A DNA stretch of 64,000 bases, from NCBI GenBank assembly GCA_964016885.1, contig OZ024746.1, forward strand, positions 27,838,001-27,902,000, read 5' to 3'. Within the stretch, counting starts at the first letter, position 1; the number at the start of each line of letters is the position of its first letter. The translations under genes and the position numbers were made by a program. The notes beneath the pieces are model-generated. The model searched no databases. It worked only from the letters and a program-made list of their open reading frames with translations, and had not been told where the DNA came from. Positions 14,229 through 28,599 of this stretch are shown here, in pieces. Source of the DNA: Eledone cirrhosa. Taxonomy: Eukaryota.

Positions 14229-15455
14229 CGATGATGGTGTTGATGATGATGGTGATGGTGATGATGGTGATGATGGTGGTGGTGGCGATGATGGTGGTGA
14301 TGGTGGTGATGGTGGTGGTGGTGATGATGGTGGTGATGGTGGTGATGGTGGTGGTGGTGATGATGGTGTTGATGATGATGGTGATGATGATGATGGTGGT
14401 GGTGATGATGGTGGTGGTGATGGTGATGGTGGTGGTGATGATGGTGGTGGTGATGATGGTGGTGGTGATGATGGTGGTGGTGATGGTGATGGTGGTGGTG
14501 GTGATGATGGTGTTGATGATGATGGTGATGATGATGATGGTCGTGGTGATGGTGGTGGTGGTGATGATGGTGGTGATGATGGTGGTGGCGATGATGGTGA
14601 TGACGATGGTGATGATGATGGTGATGGTGGTGGCGATGATGGTGGTGGTGATGATGGTGGTGGTGGTGATGGTGATGATGATTATGATGGTGATGGTGAT
14701 GGTGGTGGTGGTGATGATGGTGATGGTGATGATGGTGGTGGTGATGATGGTGATGATGGTGATGATGGTGATGGTGATGATGGTGGTGGTGATGATGGTG
14801 ATGATGATGATGGTGGTGGTGATGATGGTGGTGGTGATGATGGTGATGATGATGATGGTGGTGGTGATGATGGTGATGATGATGATGGTGGTGGTGATGA
14901 AGGTGGTGGTGATGATGGTGGTGATGATGGTGGTGGAGATGACGATGGTGGTGATGGTGGTGGTGATGATGATGATGGTGGTGATGGTGATGATGGTGGT
15001 GGTGGTGGTGTTGATGATGATGGTGATGATGATGATGGTGGTGGTGATGATGGTGGTGACGATGGTGGTGGTGGTGATGATGGTGGTGGTGATGATGGTG
15101 GTGACGAAGATGGTGGTGGTGATGATGGTGATGATGATGATGGTGGTGGTAACGGTGGTGGTGACGATGGTGGTGCTGACGATGAAGGAGTGTCATGGTG
15201 CTGCTGCTGCTGATGATGATGATGGTGGTGATGATGATGGTGATGCTGCTGCTTCTGATGATGATGATGATAGCGATGGTGCTGCTGCTGCTGCTGATGA
15301 TGATGGTGGTGGTGGTGGTGGTGGTGGTGGTGGTGGTGATGGTCATGATGATGGTGATAATGATTATGATGATGGTGATGATTATGATAGTGGTGATAAT
15401 GATGATGGTGGTGATGGTAAGGATGATGATGATGATGGTCGGATGATGATGATGA
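14229..15455. repeat. Compound (GGT/GAT)n trinucleotide repeat
   Basis: About 1.2 kb of mixed GGT/GAT triplets. Explains the poly-G/D, poly-H and poly-M/V ORFs. Confidence 0.95.
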
Positions 15456-15496
15456 CGAAGAGGTGTGGAGCACTGGAGGGGAGGAGAGAGAGGATT

Positions 15497-15708
15497 CTGC
15501 TGGTAATGGTGTTGACGGTGGTGCTACAACTGCTGCTGATGGTGCTGATGGTGATGCTACAACTGCTGCTGATGGTGCTGATGGTGATGCTACTACTGCT
15601 GGTAATGGTGTTGATGGTGGTGCTACAACTGCTGCTGATGGTGCTGATGGTGGTGCTACAACTGCTGCTGATGGTGCTGATGGTGGTGCTACAACTGCTG
15701 CTGATGGT
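15497..15708. repeat. 30-bp/triplet-based minisatellite (ggtgctacaactgctgctgatggtgctgat)n
   Basis: About 6-7 imperfect units. Confidence 0.85.
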
Positions 15709-16699
15709 TATCAGGACAATAACATTTCATACGAGATAATTATTTAGGTGTGACGTAGCTAATTATAACGCCTACGTTATAGTACTCAACCATTACTAGT
15801 CATGATAACATATTATAGAAACAGGTGCCATTTTATTTGTCTTTAAGGCAACATTAATTTATTGAATTTTAAACCTTAGTTTTAAAAATCCACTTTAGTT
15901 GTCCATTTTAGTTGCTGCTTTTACCATTTCTAAAATGATAAAGAAACACAATTGTTTTGCTTCTTTTAATTATCAAATTTAATTCTGATGTTGTCATTGG
16001 ATTAATAGACAGCCTAGTTGAGAAGATATACTCACGTAATGGAATTGGTGTTAACTAATCACATCCTCAATAAGATTGGGCACAAACTCATTGACAGATT
16101 ATTGGCTGGTTTTCAGCTAATCAAAGTTGAACACAGCCAGATTTAAACCGTTCATTTTCCGGTTATGATTAATTTGCTGTTGCACGAAGACTAATTAAGT
16201 ATAGCAGGGATGTATATGAGAGGATATACTATATGTTTATATACAATAAACATATGTGAGCTTCACTATGAAAAAAATATGTTTTCGTTATGTTTAACGC
16301 TGTCTTAGTGCCACTGCTAATTACTGCGACTGTTATACCTAAAAAATGAAATTTGAGATTTACTGACAGGTACAGAGTGCTCGGTCGGTTAATATCTCCG
16401 TGTTTTATGTCCTATGATATTTGATTAAAACGTATGTGGAATGCTCACCTACTTTCATGAGCGGCGCTTCCGTTGTTCGAATAACAGGAACATCGGTTGT
16501 CGGAACCGACGGAGGTACAACAGTATATATTTACATACAATATATATATATATATATATATTAGAAAATGAGGTTTTTTTTACAAAATGAAAAATAACCG
16601 AGGTGTCCTACACGAGTGAAAGTATAAAGAAAAAGAGATGAAATCGAAAATGCAACTGGAGTCTTGTTTTTTTTTTAAAATATATATATTTATTTGGTT

Positions 16700-16737
16700 C
16701 CTTTACCGGTTTCGCAGTTCTTCTGCTTTTGAAAAGG
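16700..16737 (-). ncRNA. Degenerate variant hammerhead fold in a short TA-flanked remnant (16561-16775)
   Basis: Minus strand: CCTT-TTCAAAA-GCAG(aagaa)CTGC-GAAAC-CG-GTA-AAGG. U3-A8-type core with G5>C. Confidence 0.5.
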
Positions 16738-16827
16738 TGAGTTGAGATGGAGGGTCTGTGGTTTTTCTCACATCTATATATATATATATAGATGTGAACA
16801 ATTTGTCAGCATTTTCTATTCCGTTTA

Positions 16828-16862
<35 letters not shown>

Positions 16863-16867
<5 letters not shown>

Positions 16868-17470
16868 TAAAAAGGAAAAGAAAATGCTGACAAATATTTC
16901 CCGGTGAAAAAAATTTAATTAGGAATAAGTATTGGTTATTATTCAGTTTTAGTTTTAAGTTTTTACCAGTTGCGCTTTTCTTATGCTTTTCAAAAATAAT
17001 TTTGAGATAGAGTGCTCGTGATTTTTGCTCTAATCTGATCAGTTTTATGTGAAAAAAGTGGCTTGGAAGGTATTAAGATTGGGTTGGTTGTTGAATATAA
17101 CGTGAATAAGCACTATAAATTTCGCGCCAATTCGTGTTGCAAAAATTCTTGTAGTCAAAATAATTTTGATTGGTCGGTAGAAGTCACGTGAATGTTTAAA
17201 TTGATTTTAGCGCGAAATGGTTTCGCGCCAAATGTAGGTTTGTCGAAGAGTGACCTTTTCCGCTTGATTGAGTTTCAGTCATTTTTGAAAAGCATAGGAA
17301 ATGCGCAACCGGTAAAAACTTAAAACTAAAACTGAATACTAACTAATACGTATTATTAATTTATACTTATTCCTAATGAAACTATTTTTCAATGGGAAAA
17401 ATTTGTTAGCATTTTCTTTTCCTTTTTACTAATATATCACAACTCGTGTGTCACACCTCTATTTTTTAAA
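16863..17470 (+). mobile_element. Family B fold-back element with inverted ~140-bp arms in (TA)n
   Basis: 16863-~16997 is the reverse complement of ~17281-17436. CpG-containing spacer, short tail, (TA)n flanks. An extra 40-bp piece of the same end lies at 16793-16833. Confidence 0.78.
17282..17317 (+). ncRNA. Variant minimal hammerhead fold (U3-A8 core, GCAA)
   Basis: TTT-TTGAAAA-GCAT(aggaa)ATGC-GCAAC-CG-GTA-AAA. Decayed mirror copy at 16961-16996. Confidence 0.5.
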
Positions 17471-17863
17471 TATATGTATATATATGTACAAAGGTTTTAT
17501 TTAATTTGTTGGAATTCAACACACTTGAACGTTTTATAACTGATATAAAGCACTCAACAGTGGGTGGAGTAAATATTCATTATATTAATAAATGGAAACT
17601 ATATTTATAAAACCATAATTATTTTATTATATATATTTCAAGGGCAACCAAGGCAAATTTTGGTGCGCTTTCATCAGATAAAATACAACATTTATTTTAT
17701 AAATGTTGACATACCCGCCGAAGAACAACCTTGACGGTTGGAGGTTCGCTGGATAGTGGAAAAATGTTATTGAGGATGATTCAAAGTTATGTGTGAGTAT
17801 GCAAATGAATGTCCGAAAAACAAGAAAAAAACAACGGTTTATTTAAATTTTACTGTTAGACGA

Positions 17864-17930
<67 letters not shown>

Positions 17931-17946
17931 AACAAAGAGAAAGAAG

Positions 17947-18007
<61 letters not shown>

Positions 18008-19814
18008 GTGTATGAGTGTGTGCATGAACGAATATTTAAGAAGATTGCTTCGTTATCATAATGCCGATAGCTTGATCCTACTGTATGGTCTCTTTTATAT
18101 GTGTTATTGACCCAAGCCTCTGAAATTTGATGGAGGGTGACTGTTTGAAACCCGTAGGCTAGACTGTACTTGTAATAAGATGAGGCAGTATTTTGCAGAC
18201 TGTGTCACGCGCAGTCTCCCTGAGAATAATATTAAGGGTACAAGTATCTATAGAATGATCAGTCACTTAAACATTAATCTCATGAGTAGGTTGTTTCTTT
18301 GATGGAACAACTAGAATACTCATCTTCAAATCTAACGGTGATTCTTTCAATGTTTGATTGTGTTTCTGTCATTCACCGTGTACCTCTTGTGTATATTTCC
18401 TTACACATCTTGTTGATTCCCTGTTCTTCTCTTCTATTTTTACTCGATTGTAAAGCTAAAATAATGAAATAACTGACGTGAAGAAAACTGTGAAAAGTTA
18501 ATAGAACTTTAGCACTGTATTTCATTAAGCAGTTAAAAGCCATTTTCTAATCAACACTTCAATGAAAGTCGTTTACACTTGCCACTCTTTCAGTCACACA
18601 TTGTCCGCTAGCTCATCATTAAATGGCTCGTTGAAACAATACTTACTTCTTCTGATTATGTCGCCATTGCGTTTGATTACCTTTATTATTATTGCTACTG
18701 TACTTAATGGTAACTAGCTTTTATTGTCAGTTTTCTCTTTATTCTTCTCTTAGCTTCAGCTATACACAATAATTACCATTTACAAATATTTGAGGTAGAA
18801 GAAAGAGAGGGGGGAGGGGATTGGATATAAACAAAACTAATATGTTATTAATCCTGGAAAGTAGGCGAAATGAAAGTGTATAAAATCGACGAAATATATT
18901 AATTGTTGGAATTCGTGCAAATGAAGTAATATCATTTACGTAAATATTTTGTTGTTAATGGAAGAAAATCTAGTTTTTATGGTTAATAACCATTAATCAA
19001 ATCTTATTAATATTTAATAATATGCATTAATTTAGATTGAAATAACTACAAGATTCTAATGTAGAGGTAACTATAAGTTGCGTTAGGTGTGAAACTATAA
19101 TGGTGTATATACTAATACAGCAACTATTGACAAGTTTTAATAATATTTACATAGAAGATACTTTCATCGATACCAAGGAAATTTATGTGAATTTGATTGT
19201 TGTCAGAAGGATCATGGCCAAACCTAGAATTATAATCGGAGTTTGTGCAGACAACATGATCATACTAGTTATTGGAATGTTACTGAATCCTAATAGATTG
19301 TTATTGTTTAGGTGGGGAGGAAGACAATATGGCAGTTCACTTGACCAGTTTCTGGGCCTTTAAGTCTCTTCGTGTAAGGGGAAAGATATTCTCAAATCGG
19401 GCACGCTGTCCGAATGCTTGTAACAGAGTGGATTCTACTGAATACACCCAAGAGTCCGGTGGTGGTGGTGAACCATGTGACGAAGTAAGTTATATTTGAA
19501 TTTGAACTCAGAACGCAACAAGTGACACAAAGTTGCCAGGCCTCTCTGCGCTACAAATTTCGCCAATCCATCACCCTATTTAATATTATCGATCGCAAAA
19601 TGAAAAAAAAAAAAAAAATTTACCATCGCAAGATTTAAACCTGAGAAGCAGGAATCAATACCACAACATATTTTATCCTTCTCTCTAACGATTCTGTATA
19701 TTCGCTGGCTAAACTTATGTTTAAAATAATGAAATAGTCGTTGTTTCATCTCATGATTCGCACTGAAGTTGGAGTTAAAGTAATGTCAGCTGTGAGGATA
19801 TCATATGTCATTCA

Positions 19815-19945
19815 TTACGTCCCTTTACGATCTGAGTTCAAATCCCACCGAGGTTGACTTTGCCTTTCATCCTTACGGGGTCGATAAAATAAAGTACCAG
19901 TAATGCACTGGGTAATTGCTGGCCTTGTGCCTAAAGTAGAAACAT
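19815..19945 (+). mobile_element. tRNA-type SINE, 5'-truncated
   Basis: ttacgtccctttacgatctgagttcaaatcc...gcctaaagtagaaac. Confidence 0.88.
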
Positions 19946-20556
19946 ATTATCAGAATATATAGAACTACCTATTAAATTTTCCCGGCTGTCCTTCCACTTT
20001 TGAAGGTGATTTGACTGTTATTTCTAGCAGGTTTAGCAACAGTGTAGCATCCATATAGGGTCTGCCTTCCAAACCGATTTCCGCCAAGAATAGAGTTTTA
20101 TTAATAGATTTAATAACAACTAATATGAAAAATAGCGTTATAATAATAAATTTCATTAAAACGTTATCCTGTTACAGAGAGGATGGTGGCATACTAATAG
20201 ATTTAATTACAACTATTCCCTATATTAGGAAAATATTATGTATCAGGCCATACCAACTCTTTCACTGTGCATTCATATTTCAAACTGAAACATTAATTGG
20301 ATAAACATGTGTTTCTTAATTAGACTGCTGTTAATTAACGTGTACGATTAATTAACGCGTGGATCTGCATTATTGCGTTTGATTTTACTTTAAACATTCT
20401 TTAAGGTGCACCATTCATGTCACACATGGAAAAATGATGAACTTTATTTCTATATATGTTCCGACATCTTGAAATCTGTATCGGGCGTGTAGTTGGGAAA
20501 AGCTGGAACAGAAACTCCATCTGTTTATTCTCTGTTTTCTCACAATAAACAATACT

Positions 20557-20741
20557 TGTTTCTACTTTAGGCACAAGGTCAGCAATTACCCAGTGCATTA
20601 CTGGTACTTTATTTTATCGACCCCGTAAGGATGAAAGGCAAAGTCAACCTCGGCGGGATTTGAACTCAGATCGTAAAGGGACGTAACTATGCTTGAAAGC
20701 ATGGCGTCCGACCCTCTACCGATACTGCCAATCCACCGCCC
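20557..20741 (-). mobile_element. Full-length tRNA-type SINE with ~17-bp TSD
   Basis: Complete consensus to atccaccgccc. TSD (c)tcacaataaacaatact at 20539-20556 and 20741-20758. Confidence 0.93.
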
Positions 20742-21324
20742 TCACAATAAACAATACTATTGTTGGTGTTGTTGATGTTAGTGTTGTTGCTTTCTTTTGG
20801 TGATTGGGGTGAATATTACTCGATATTCTATTTATTTATTATTTAGTTTTACTTTTAGAATTTATAGGCAAAAGAGGAACAAGGGTTGCGAGCCAAATCG
20901 TACCCATAGAAAGAAATCAACTTAAGGCATCAGAGGGCGAGATGGTGGTGTTAAAACAGAGCTGAATAGTTGTAGTAGAGTAAACTCTAACTGGATATAC
21001 TGATGTCACGTGACATTCTAACGGTCACACTGATGTTACATGACAACATATCCTAATATATCGATGTAAACAAATACATAAATATAAAAAAATCGATTTC
21101 TGTAAGAACCAGAAAAAGTCTACAGTTAACTAAAGTACTCAATATATTAAGTAAGGAAGGTAAATATTTATTTATTTTGGATGGAAATGATACCTCTAGG
21201 CCTGGCAATGTTTTATTCGGTTGAAATTAACAGGAAAATCTGATGATTTCAACTGAATGGAACAGTGCTAGTTCTGTAGAAACACACGCACACATACATA
21301 TGTATGTGTGTGTGTATAAATATT

Positions 21325-21383
<59 letters not shown>

Positions 21384-21653
21384 GTATGAATATACATATG
21401 TATGTGTGTGTAATTATTATTATCATTATAACAGTGGTGCTACAACGATGCCACGATAGCCAGGAGATTCATGTTTCTGGTTAGTTATCAAACATCCATC
21501 AAACTGTTTAATAAGAGTCCTTAAGTACAAAACTATTGTCATCCGAGTCAATAGTACAATGGTATGGGTCGAAAGATGTAATTAAATATATATCACTCTA
21601 TCCCATATATTGAGTATAATTTCTCCCGATGATGTACATATATATATATATAT

Positions 21654-21822
21654 GAAAATATTCAGGACCCCGGCGGCTGAGCTTCGACATCTAGCTGTCG
21701 AAACAGCTGGAGCTCAGCCGTCGGAGTCCTGAATCTGTTCATATTTCCCACTCTACTAGCCCAAGTATCGTATACTCTGGTGAGTTATGGTCCGCCTGGT
21801 ATTTTACCTCACCCTTTCTGAT
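21654..21822 (+). mobile_element. Fold-back element family A, copy 3
   Basis: Arms attcaggaccccggcggctgagct / agctcagccgtcggagtcctgaat, tail cccactctactagcccaagtatc...ggtccgcctggt. (TA)n flanks. Confidence 0.7.
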
Positions 21823-21831
21823 ATATATATA

Positions 21832-22462
21832 AGTTTTAATATAGATGAGCTTCTACAGGACTAGAACTGTTTCATTCGTGAGAAATCATCAGGAAGCTGG
21901 CTGTCCAAGTAAGTGGTAGTATTTATATATTTTCATTTTCTTTTCTGGTGGTAGGAGAGGGTGGGGATTGGGATGGGTGGAGGTCATTGGTTGAAGGATT
22001 TAAAGAAAAGGGAGTTCATTAAAAGCTAATTCTTTAAAGCTATAATATTACCAAAGGCAGAAAGAATACTGTAAACAAATTCAAATTAGGAATACCAATC
22101 CTTGTTTATCACTTAGACTAACTTAAACAGGTGTCTACAGGATGGGTGGGGTTCAATGGTTTAAAGAAAAGGGATATTCTTTAGAAGCTAATTCCTTAAG
22201 GCTGAAATAAGGGTGACAAAGGCAGATTCAACAGATTCGAGTGTTGGGGTGATCCCCCCCCCCTCTCCTACCACCAGAAAAGAAAAGATATAAATACCAC
22301 TACTTACTTGGACAGCCAGCTTCCTGATGATTTCTCACGAATGAAACAGTTCTAGTCCTGTAGAAGCTCATCTATTCATCTATATTAAAACTGTTATACT
22401 CTGCTATGTATTGAGTACCTTACTTACTGTGGTTACCTCCGATTCAACCCGGTATAACTTAT
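21832..22462 (+). mobile_element. Family C fold-back element with ~130-bp inverted arms, each carrying a hammerhead
   Basis: 21832-21961 is the reverse complement of 22261-22392. Tail to ~22460. TA tracts on both sides. Confidence 0.8.
22318..22368 (+). ncRNA. Type I hammerhead ribozyme motif (mirror copy 21848-21898, minus)
   Basis: AGCTTC-CTGATGA-T-TTC(tcac)GAA-T-GAA-ACAG(ttctagtc)CTGT-A-GAAGCT: 6-bp stem I, canonical core, 4-bp stem III, GUA site. Confidence 0.8.
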
Positions 22463-22582
22463 ATATATATATATTGCAACAAAAACACGTAAGCGTTTAT
22501 CATATATTAATTTATACTGCTCAGAAGTGATTCTTAGAGGTAAAATAATTGTAAATGACCCCATTGAGTGTAAACTCTAAGT

Positions 22583-22649
<67 letters not shown>

Positions 22650-22798
22650 TAGATAGATAGATAGATATTTGTGTATATGTGTATTATAATATAAACATGG
22701 ATATGGTGTATTTTTTAAAAGTTTATGAATGCGGAAATGTTCACATGATCTTCACTCGGAAAATTACGCAAAGGTGTAGAACTCTATGTGTGTGCATG

Positions 22799-22856
<58 letters not shown>

Positions 22857-23002
22857 CCTACCTCTATCTATCTCTATATATGCATGTATGTATGTTTACA
22901 TATGCACACACACAGATACACACACACACTCACACACACACATATATATATATTTATATATATATAGACACACACAAGTATACATGCACTTATGTATATA
23001 CA

Positions 23003-23046
<44 letters not shown>

Positions 23047-23138
23047 ATATGTATGTGTATGTGTGCCTATATGTGTACGAATTCGTGCATGTCTGTGTGT
23101 ACGTATACCTAGATCTATAATTACGTGTGTCTAAGTGC

Positions 23139-23173
<35 letters not shown>

Positions 23174-23182
23174 TATATATAG

Positions 23183-23219
<37 letters not shown>

Positions 23220-23582
23220 AATAATGTGTGTGTGTGCTCGCGCGTGTGTGTGTGCGTGTGTGTCCGTGCATGCATACATGCATGTATATATTTTTCTGAG
23301 ATTATGTATATAAAACAGTAAATTACAGACTTTACATTTTAACCTTAAAAAGCAATTAAAATTTCTGTGATCTCTTTTTAGGTGGTTCTCTGGTAAATTA
23401 CTAATTAGAAGCTGCATATTGCAACTCATTAACACATAATCTGTGTAGCTGGTAATTAACTAGGAAATTAATCAACAAAATGTTGCTTCATCAATCTACA
23501 ACACCTTTGAGCTTTCCTTTACATCAGCTTGCCCCCTTCTATATTGATTTGTTAACTTAACATATTATATATATATAAATAT

Positions 23583-23614
<32 letters not shown>

Positions 23615-24399
23615 GTGTGTGTATATTTATATATACATATATATAAAAGCTGTGGCATATGTCATTTAAAACGTCGGCCGGGATAGTGTGTCTGAGAGAG
23701 GGAGAGAGAGAGGGAGAGAGAGAGTGTGGTGTTGGTGGTTGTGATGTATTTTTTAATAATCTCACTATATAAAAAGGGAATAATTGTGTGTGTGCAATTT
23801 GTTTTGAATCCCTGACTATTAGATATATATATATACACATTTTAACGATATACAAAAATGTTTTCTATATATCTATTTGAGAAACAACTAGTATTATGTA
23901 CATATATATAAAATGAGAAATAATGAATGTACTCACTTAAAGAACGAATCAAGCCAAAATTGCCTAAATTTCACTTAGAAGGCCGTTTCATGAAACATTC
24001 TAGAACATGATGCTTATAACCAAATTAATGATTGGGCCCCATTAATACCATGAAATACTATTATCAGTAAGCAATCAAGGGCTTGTCTATTTATACCTCA
24101 CTCTGTAAATTAAGTAGTTATCTGCCCAAGCAAGACGATCAAATAAAACCGCGTGGTGCTAAACTAACGTCTTTCTTATAGAACTGATCAAAATATGTGA
24201 TGAAAATAGTAGTCAAACCAATCCCTCTATGGCAACTCTACAAACTTAAATTTTGGAGCAGTTACACTATAATTAAGTTAGATCTATACATATAAAATAT
24301 ATATTGATTATGTTACTCAACAAAGAAAGCTTAATCAACATTAAGCTCAGAGCCAAATTTATGCAAATTTAAACGATATACATACATACACACACACAC

Positions 24400-24435
<36 letters not shown>

Positions 24436-26071
24436 TACTTATGAATAAAACATAACATGAACTATCAAAGAACCTCATTTTCATAGTTCTATATCATGGG
24501 ATATTTCTGTTGAACTTGAAATGTTTAAAGACAAGGTTGGGCAAGATTGTGTCAAACGTGGAGCGTTAAAAAAAAAAATTCCAATATTCACTTTTGGATC
24601 GATCTTAAATCTAATATAGCTCCATAATTTTTTTTTTTCTCTTGTGGGTCGATAAAATAAGTATCAGATATGCAGTTGATTTTCTACATCCAATCGATTA
24701 TGTTTTTGTCTCAACTATTTTTGTACGTTTGCCAAGTCGAAAGTAAAATGAGCCAAATTGTCTATATATTCATTCTGAAGTCCTTGTTTCGATTACAACT
24801 GAATGAACCTCAGTCCATTGATGTATTTAATAACATTAACAATGAACGAGATAAAATTACCCATTAACCACGTTTTGTCAAAATAGATCTAAGGTTAATG
24901 TTACTGTTAATCTTTACGATGGTTCATCAATTCTTTTTATTTAATAAGGACTTATTATACTGTTCAGTGTCTTACTTTCTTGGGCTGTTTTTTAACAGAA
25001 TCCTGACTGCTATTTCTAGTAGAAAGAGCTACAGTTGACAAGCCACCATGTTTTATCTAAGATTTTGAAAATTTGTAAAAAAAAATTCTTCAACACTGCT
25101 ACTTTGTAACAGTATTTCACTTACCTATTAATAAATTAGGTCCTACTGTCTACTACAGAGTATTGGGGGACATAACATCACCCTACACGGTCAAAAGCCT
25201 TGCCATGGTCATGCTCATGTTTGCCAGTGAATTCCTCCAGACACCTCAACCAGGTCTTGAGAGGTCTAAGCGGTTTCTTTCTATCTTCATTTAAACCACA
25301 TCTATGTTTTTACAGAGAGAAATGTATATATATCAATCCGCAAATACTGGTAGTGTCATATTGACTCTGTAATGATATGCTGCGGTTTTTTTTTTAAAAC
25401 CTTGTAGTGCCCATCCACTCACCAGATCTGAACACAGCTGATTTCTTCCAGAGAGGGGAGGGGGGGGGGGAGAAAGAGAGTGTGTGTGATAGAGAGAAAA
25501 TGAGAAAGAGATATAGAGGAAGAATCTCTATAGAGAAATGCTGGACTGGTACTTTATTTTATCGACCTTGAAGGGATGAAAGTAAAAAATCTCATTAGCA
25601 GTATTTGAACTCAGAGAATAGAAAGTTGCAACAAATACTGCAATGTTTTCATGACAGAAATGTGCTTAAGAAATAATCAATATTTAGAAATACTATTGGA
25701 CCGAGATAATTGTTAAATCAATTTAAATATATATTGATACAGTTCAGAAGGTTGGTGGGATTATTCTTAGCTTGTTTATTTTCGAATTTGCTGAAGCATT
25801 GTGGGAGTGGCGAAAATCAGTAGAGCGTCTAAAAAATGCATTATAGAATTTTTTCGTACTCCTTAGGTTTTAAGTGGAAGTAAAAGAACCAATGATATAC
25901 TCGTGTCAATATAATAAACTTCCTCCTTCCACACAAACAATTGCTGGTCTTGTGTCTAAATTAGAAACCAGTGTTATTGCTGCTGATATCGTTATTATTT
26001 AGGCCTATGTCAATTATGATCGAACAGATCTATGATCTGAAGCCTTCCGGTCATGACCATCCCGTAATTAT

Positions 26072-26256
26072 TGGTTGGATTGGCAGTATCAGTAGAGGGT
26101 CGGACGCCATGCTTTCCAGCATAGTTACGTCCCTTTACGATCTGAGTTCAAATCCCGCCGAGGTTGACTTTGCTTTTCATCCTTACGGGGTCGATAAAAT
26201 AAAGTACCAGTAATGCACTGGGTAATTGCTGGCCTTGTGCCTAAAGTAGAGACAAT
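26072..26256 (+). mobile_element. tRNA-type SINE, near full length (older fragments at ~25545-25640 minus and ~25800-25970 plus)
   Basis: Consensus match. Flanked by the short direct repeat aattattggtt. Confidence 0.9.
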
Positions 26257-26466
26257 TATTGGTTATTTTGGGCTAATGTATCTAACATCATTCCGTATTT
26301 AAATTGTGGGATAGAAAGATGAAGTCGATTTCCTTCTTTCACAAAGACATCGTTCTGTGAAGAAATGAAGAAATTGTTTCATTTGTAAAGTTAGAATGTG
26401 GTTAGTTATCACACACAAACATATATCTGCGTGTAAACATATTGAGTCTCGGGGCTTGGATGTATG

Positions 26467-26518
<52 letters not shown>

Positions 26519-26597
26519 GATGTATATATATATATATATGTATATATGTATATATGTATATATGTATATATGTATATATGTATGTAATATATATATG

Positions 26598-26657
<60 letters not shown>

Positions 26658-26772
26658 CATATAGGCGTCGTTGTTTGTATGTGTCCATATATGTATTATA
26701 TATATATATATATATATAACTATATATGCATTGTATATATCTATACTTATATATTTAGATATATATATTGTG

Positions 26773-26846
<74 letters not shown>

Positions 26847-27571
26847 TATATATGTATATTATATATATATATATATGTTTTGTATATTATATATGTGTGT
26901 ATGTGTTCACGTTTGAGAGCACGTGCGCGTATTTGTTTCTATATGAGCATTTGTATATGTGTGATGGGCCAGTGCATATGTATATATGTATGATGATAAT
27001 TATTTTGACGTGATGCAAGTCGAAAGTTTCCGATTAACATCACAGAAGGTCATTAGAGGGAATAACTGGACGGACAATTTTTGAATCACTCAGTCATTTA
27101 CTTAGCCTTGCTTAACTCCCTTTATAATGTCATCTATAATAGATATTTAAGGAAATATGAATAAATTCAATAATCAGGAATCAATAGAATGCTGACCTAT
27201 TATCTCGTAACACTTAATCATCACGTTGAGGTGTTATACAGAACATAAAATATAGATTCATTATTGAATATTATTGAAAAAATTTTCTTATTGAATTTAA
27301 TCTATCTACATAATGTGTACACATGTAATACGTGATAAATGATATAGTGATATAGACAGATATTAATTTATCTAATAATTTTATTATCCGTTCATTTTGC
27401 AGTAGTAATAAAGATAATCTGAAGTCAGAAAGAGAGGGGAAGAGTAGGAGAAAAAGTGAGGCAGAGTGAAAGAGACTGGAAGATTGGCAGAAAGAGTAAG
27501 GAAGGGTGAAAGAGTAAGATTGGCAGAAAGAGTGAGGAGAGTAAGAGAGCAAGAGACTAAGAGAAATAAAT

Positions 27572-27667
<96 letters not shown>

Positions 27668-27849
27668 TTGCCCTTTAGAAACACAAATTTTTGATAACGA
27701 CAATTTCATATCAAATCAAGAAAGCGAAGAACTGCAGGTCAATTGTACTTTTATAAACTAGGCAACACAAAGATGAAATGTTATCATTTCATCAACGGTA
27801 TCGAGCGTAAATGCATTTAATTCTTCGTATATCCATTAATGTTATTTTA

Positions 27850-27908
<59 letters not shown>

Positions 27909-28556
27909 TAATAATAATAATAACATAATTTGTGTCTTGTAGATTATGATTAAAATGAAATATTTGAATTGGAAACTAAAATGTCTAATCGATAGCTAGC
28001 ATACCCTTTATTGATGAGCTTCCTATATTCTATGTGGTTTTTAAATTTGAGCTAAATTATACGTTTGTAAGGCTTCATTTTGTAGCTCGTCTCTAATTAT
28101 ATTACATTTCCATAGCTTTCAAACACATCTCTATACTTCATTATTCTAATTAGGGAAAAGTTTGTTTGCTTTTATTATATGTTCTTTCTTTTCTATATGT
28201 TATATTTTATCTACTTATTTGAATTTTTTTAATTTTCTCGATCATCATTTAGGTTCTATACCAGAAAATTTATGGAACATTTTTAAATGAATAAAATATA
28301 TTTAAGGAACATTTAGATATTCATACCACGTCATTGCACCTTAATTATCTACTTTCACACAACTACACCCGCATACACGTATATTTATACACACACATAC
28401 ACACATATATATACACACACACACACACAGACATATATATATATATAAATATATATATGTGTGTGCGCATATATAATCATATATATATATATATATATAT
28501 ATGTATAATTCTCTCACGCACACATTCATGCATATGCGACTGTCTAATTATATAAG

Positions 28557-28598
<42 letters not shown>

Positions 28599-28599
<1 letters not shown>

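Noticed and set aside
14158-15747. Long ORFs (351-502 aa) rich in G/D, H or M/V
   Set aside because: Open in several frames only because GGT/GAT triplets lack stops; no splice or domain evidence.
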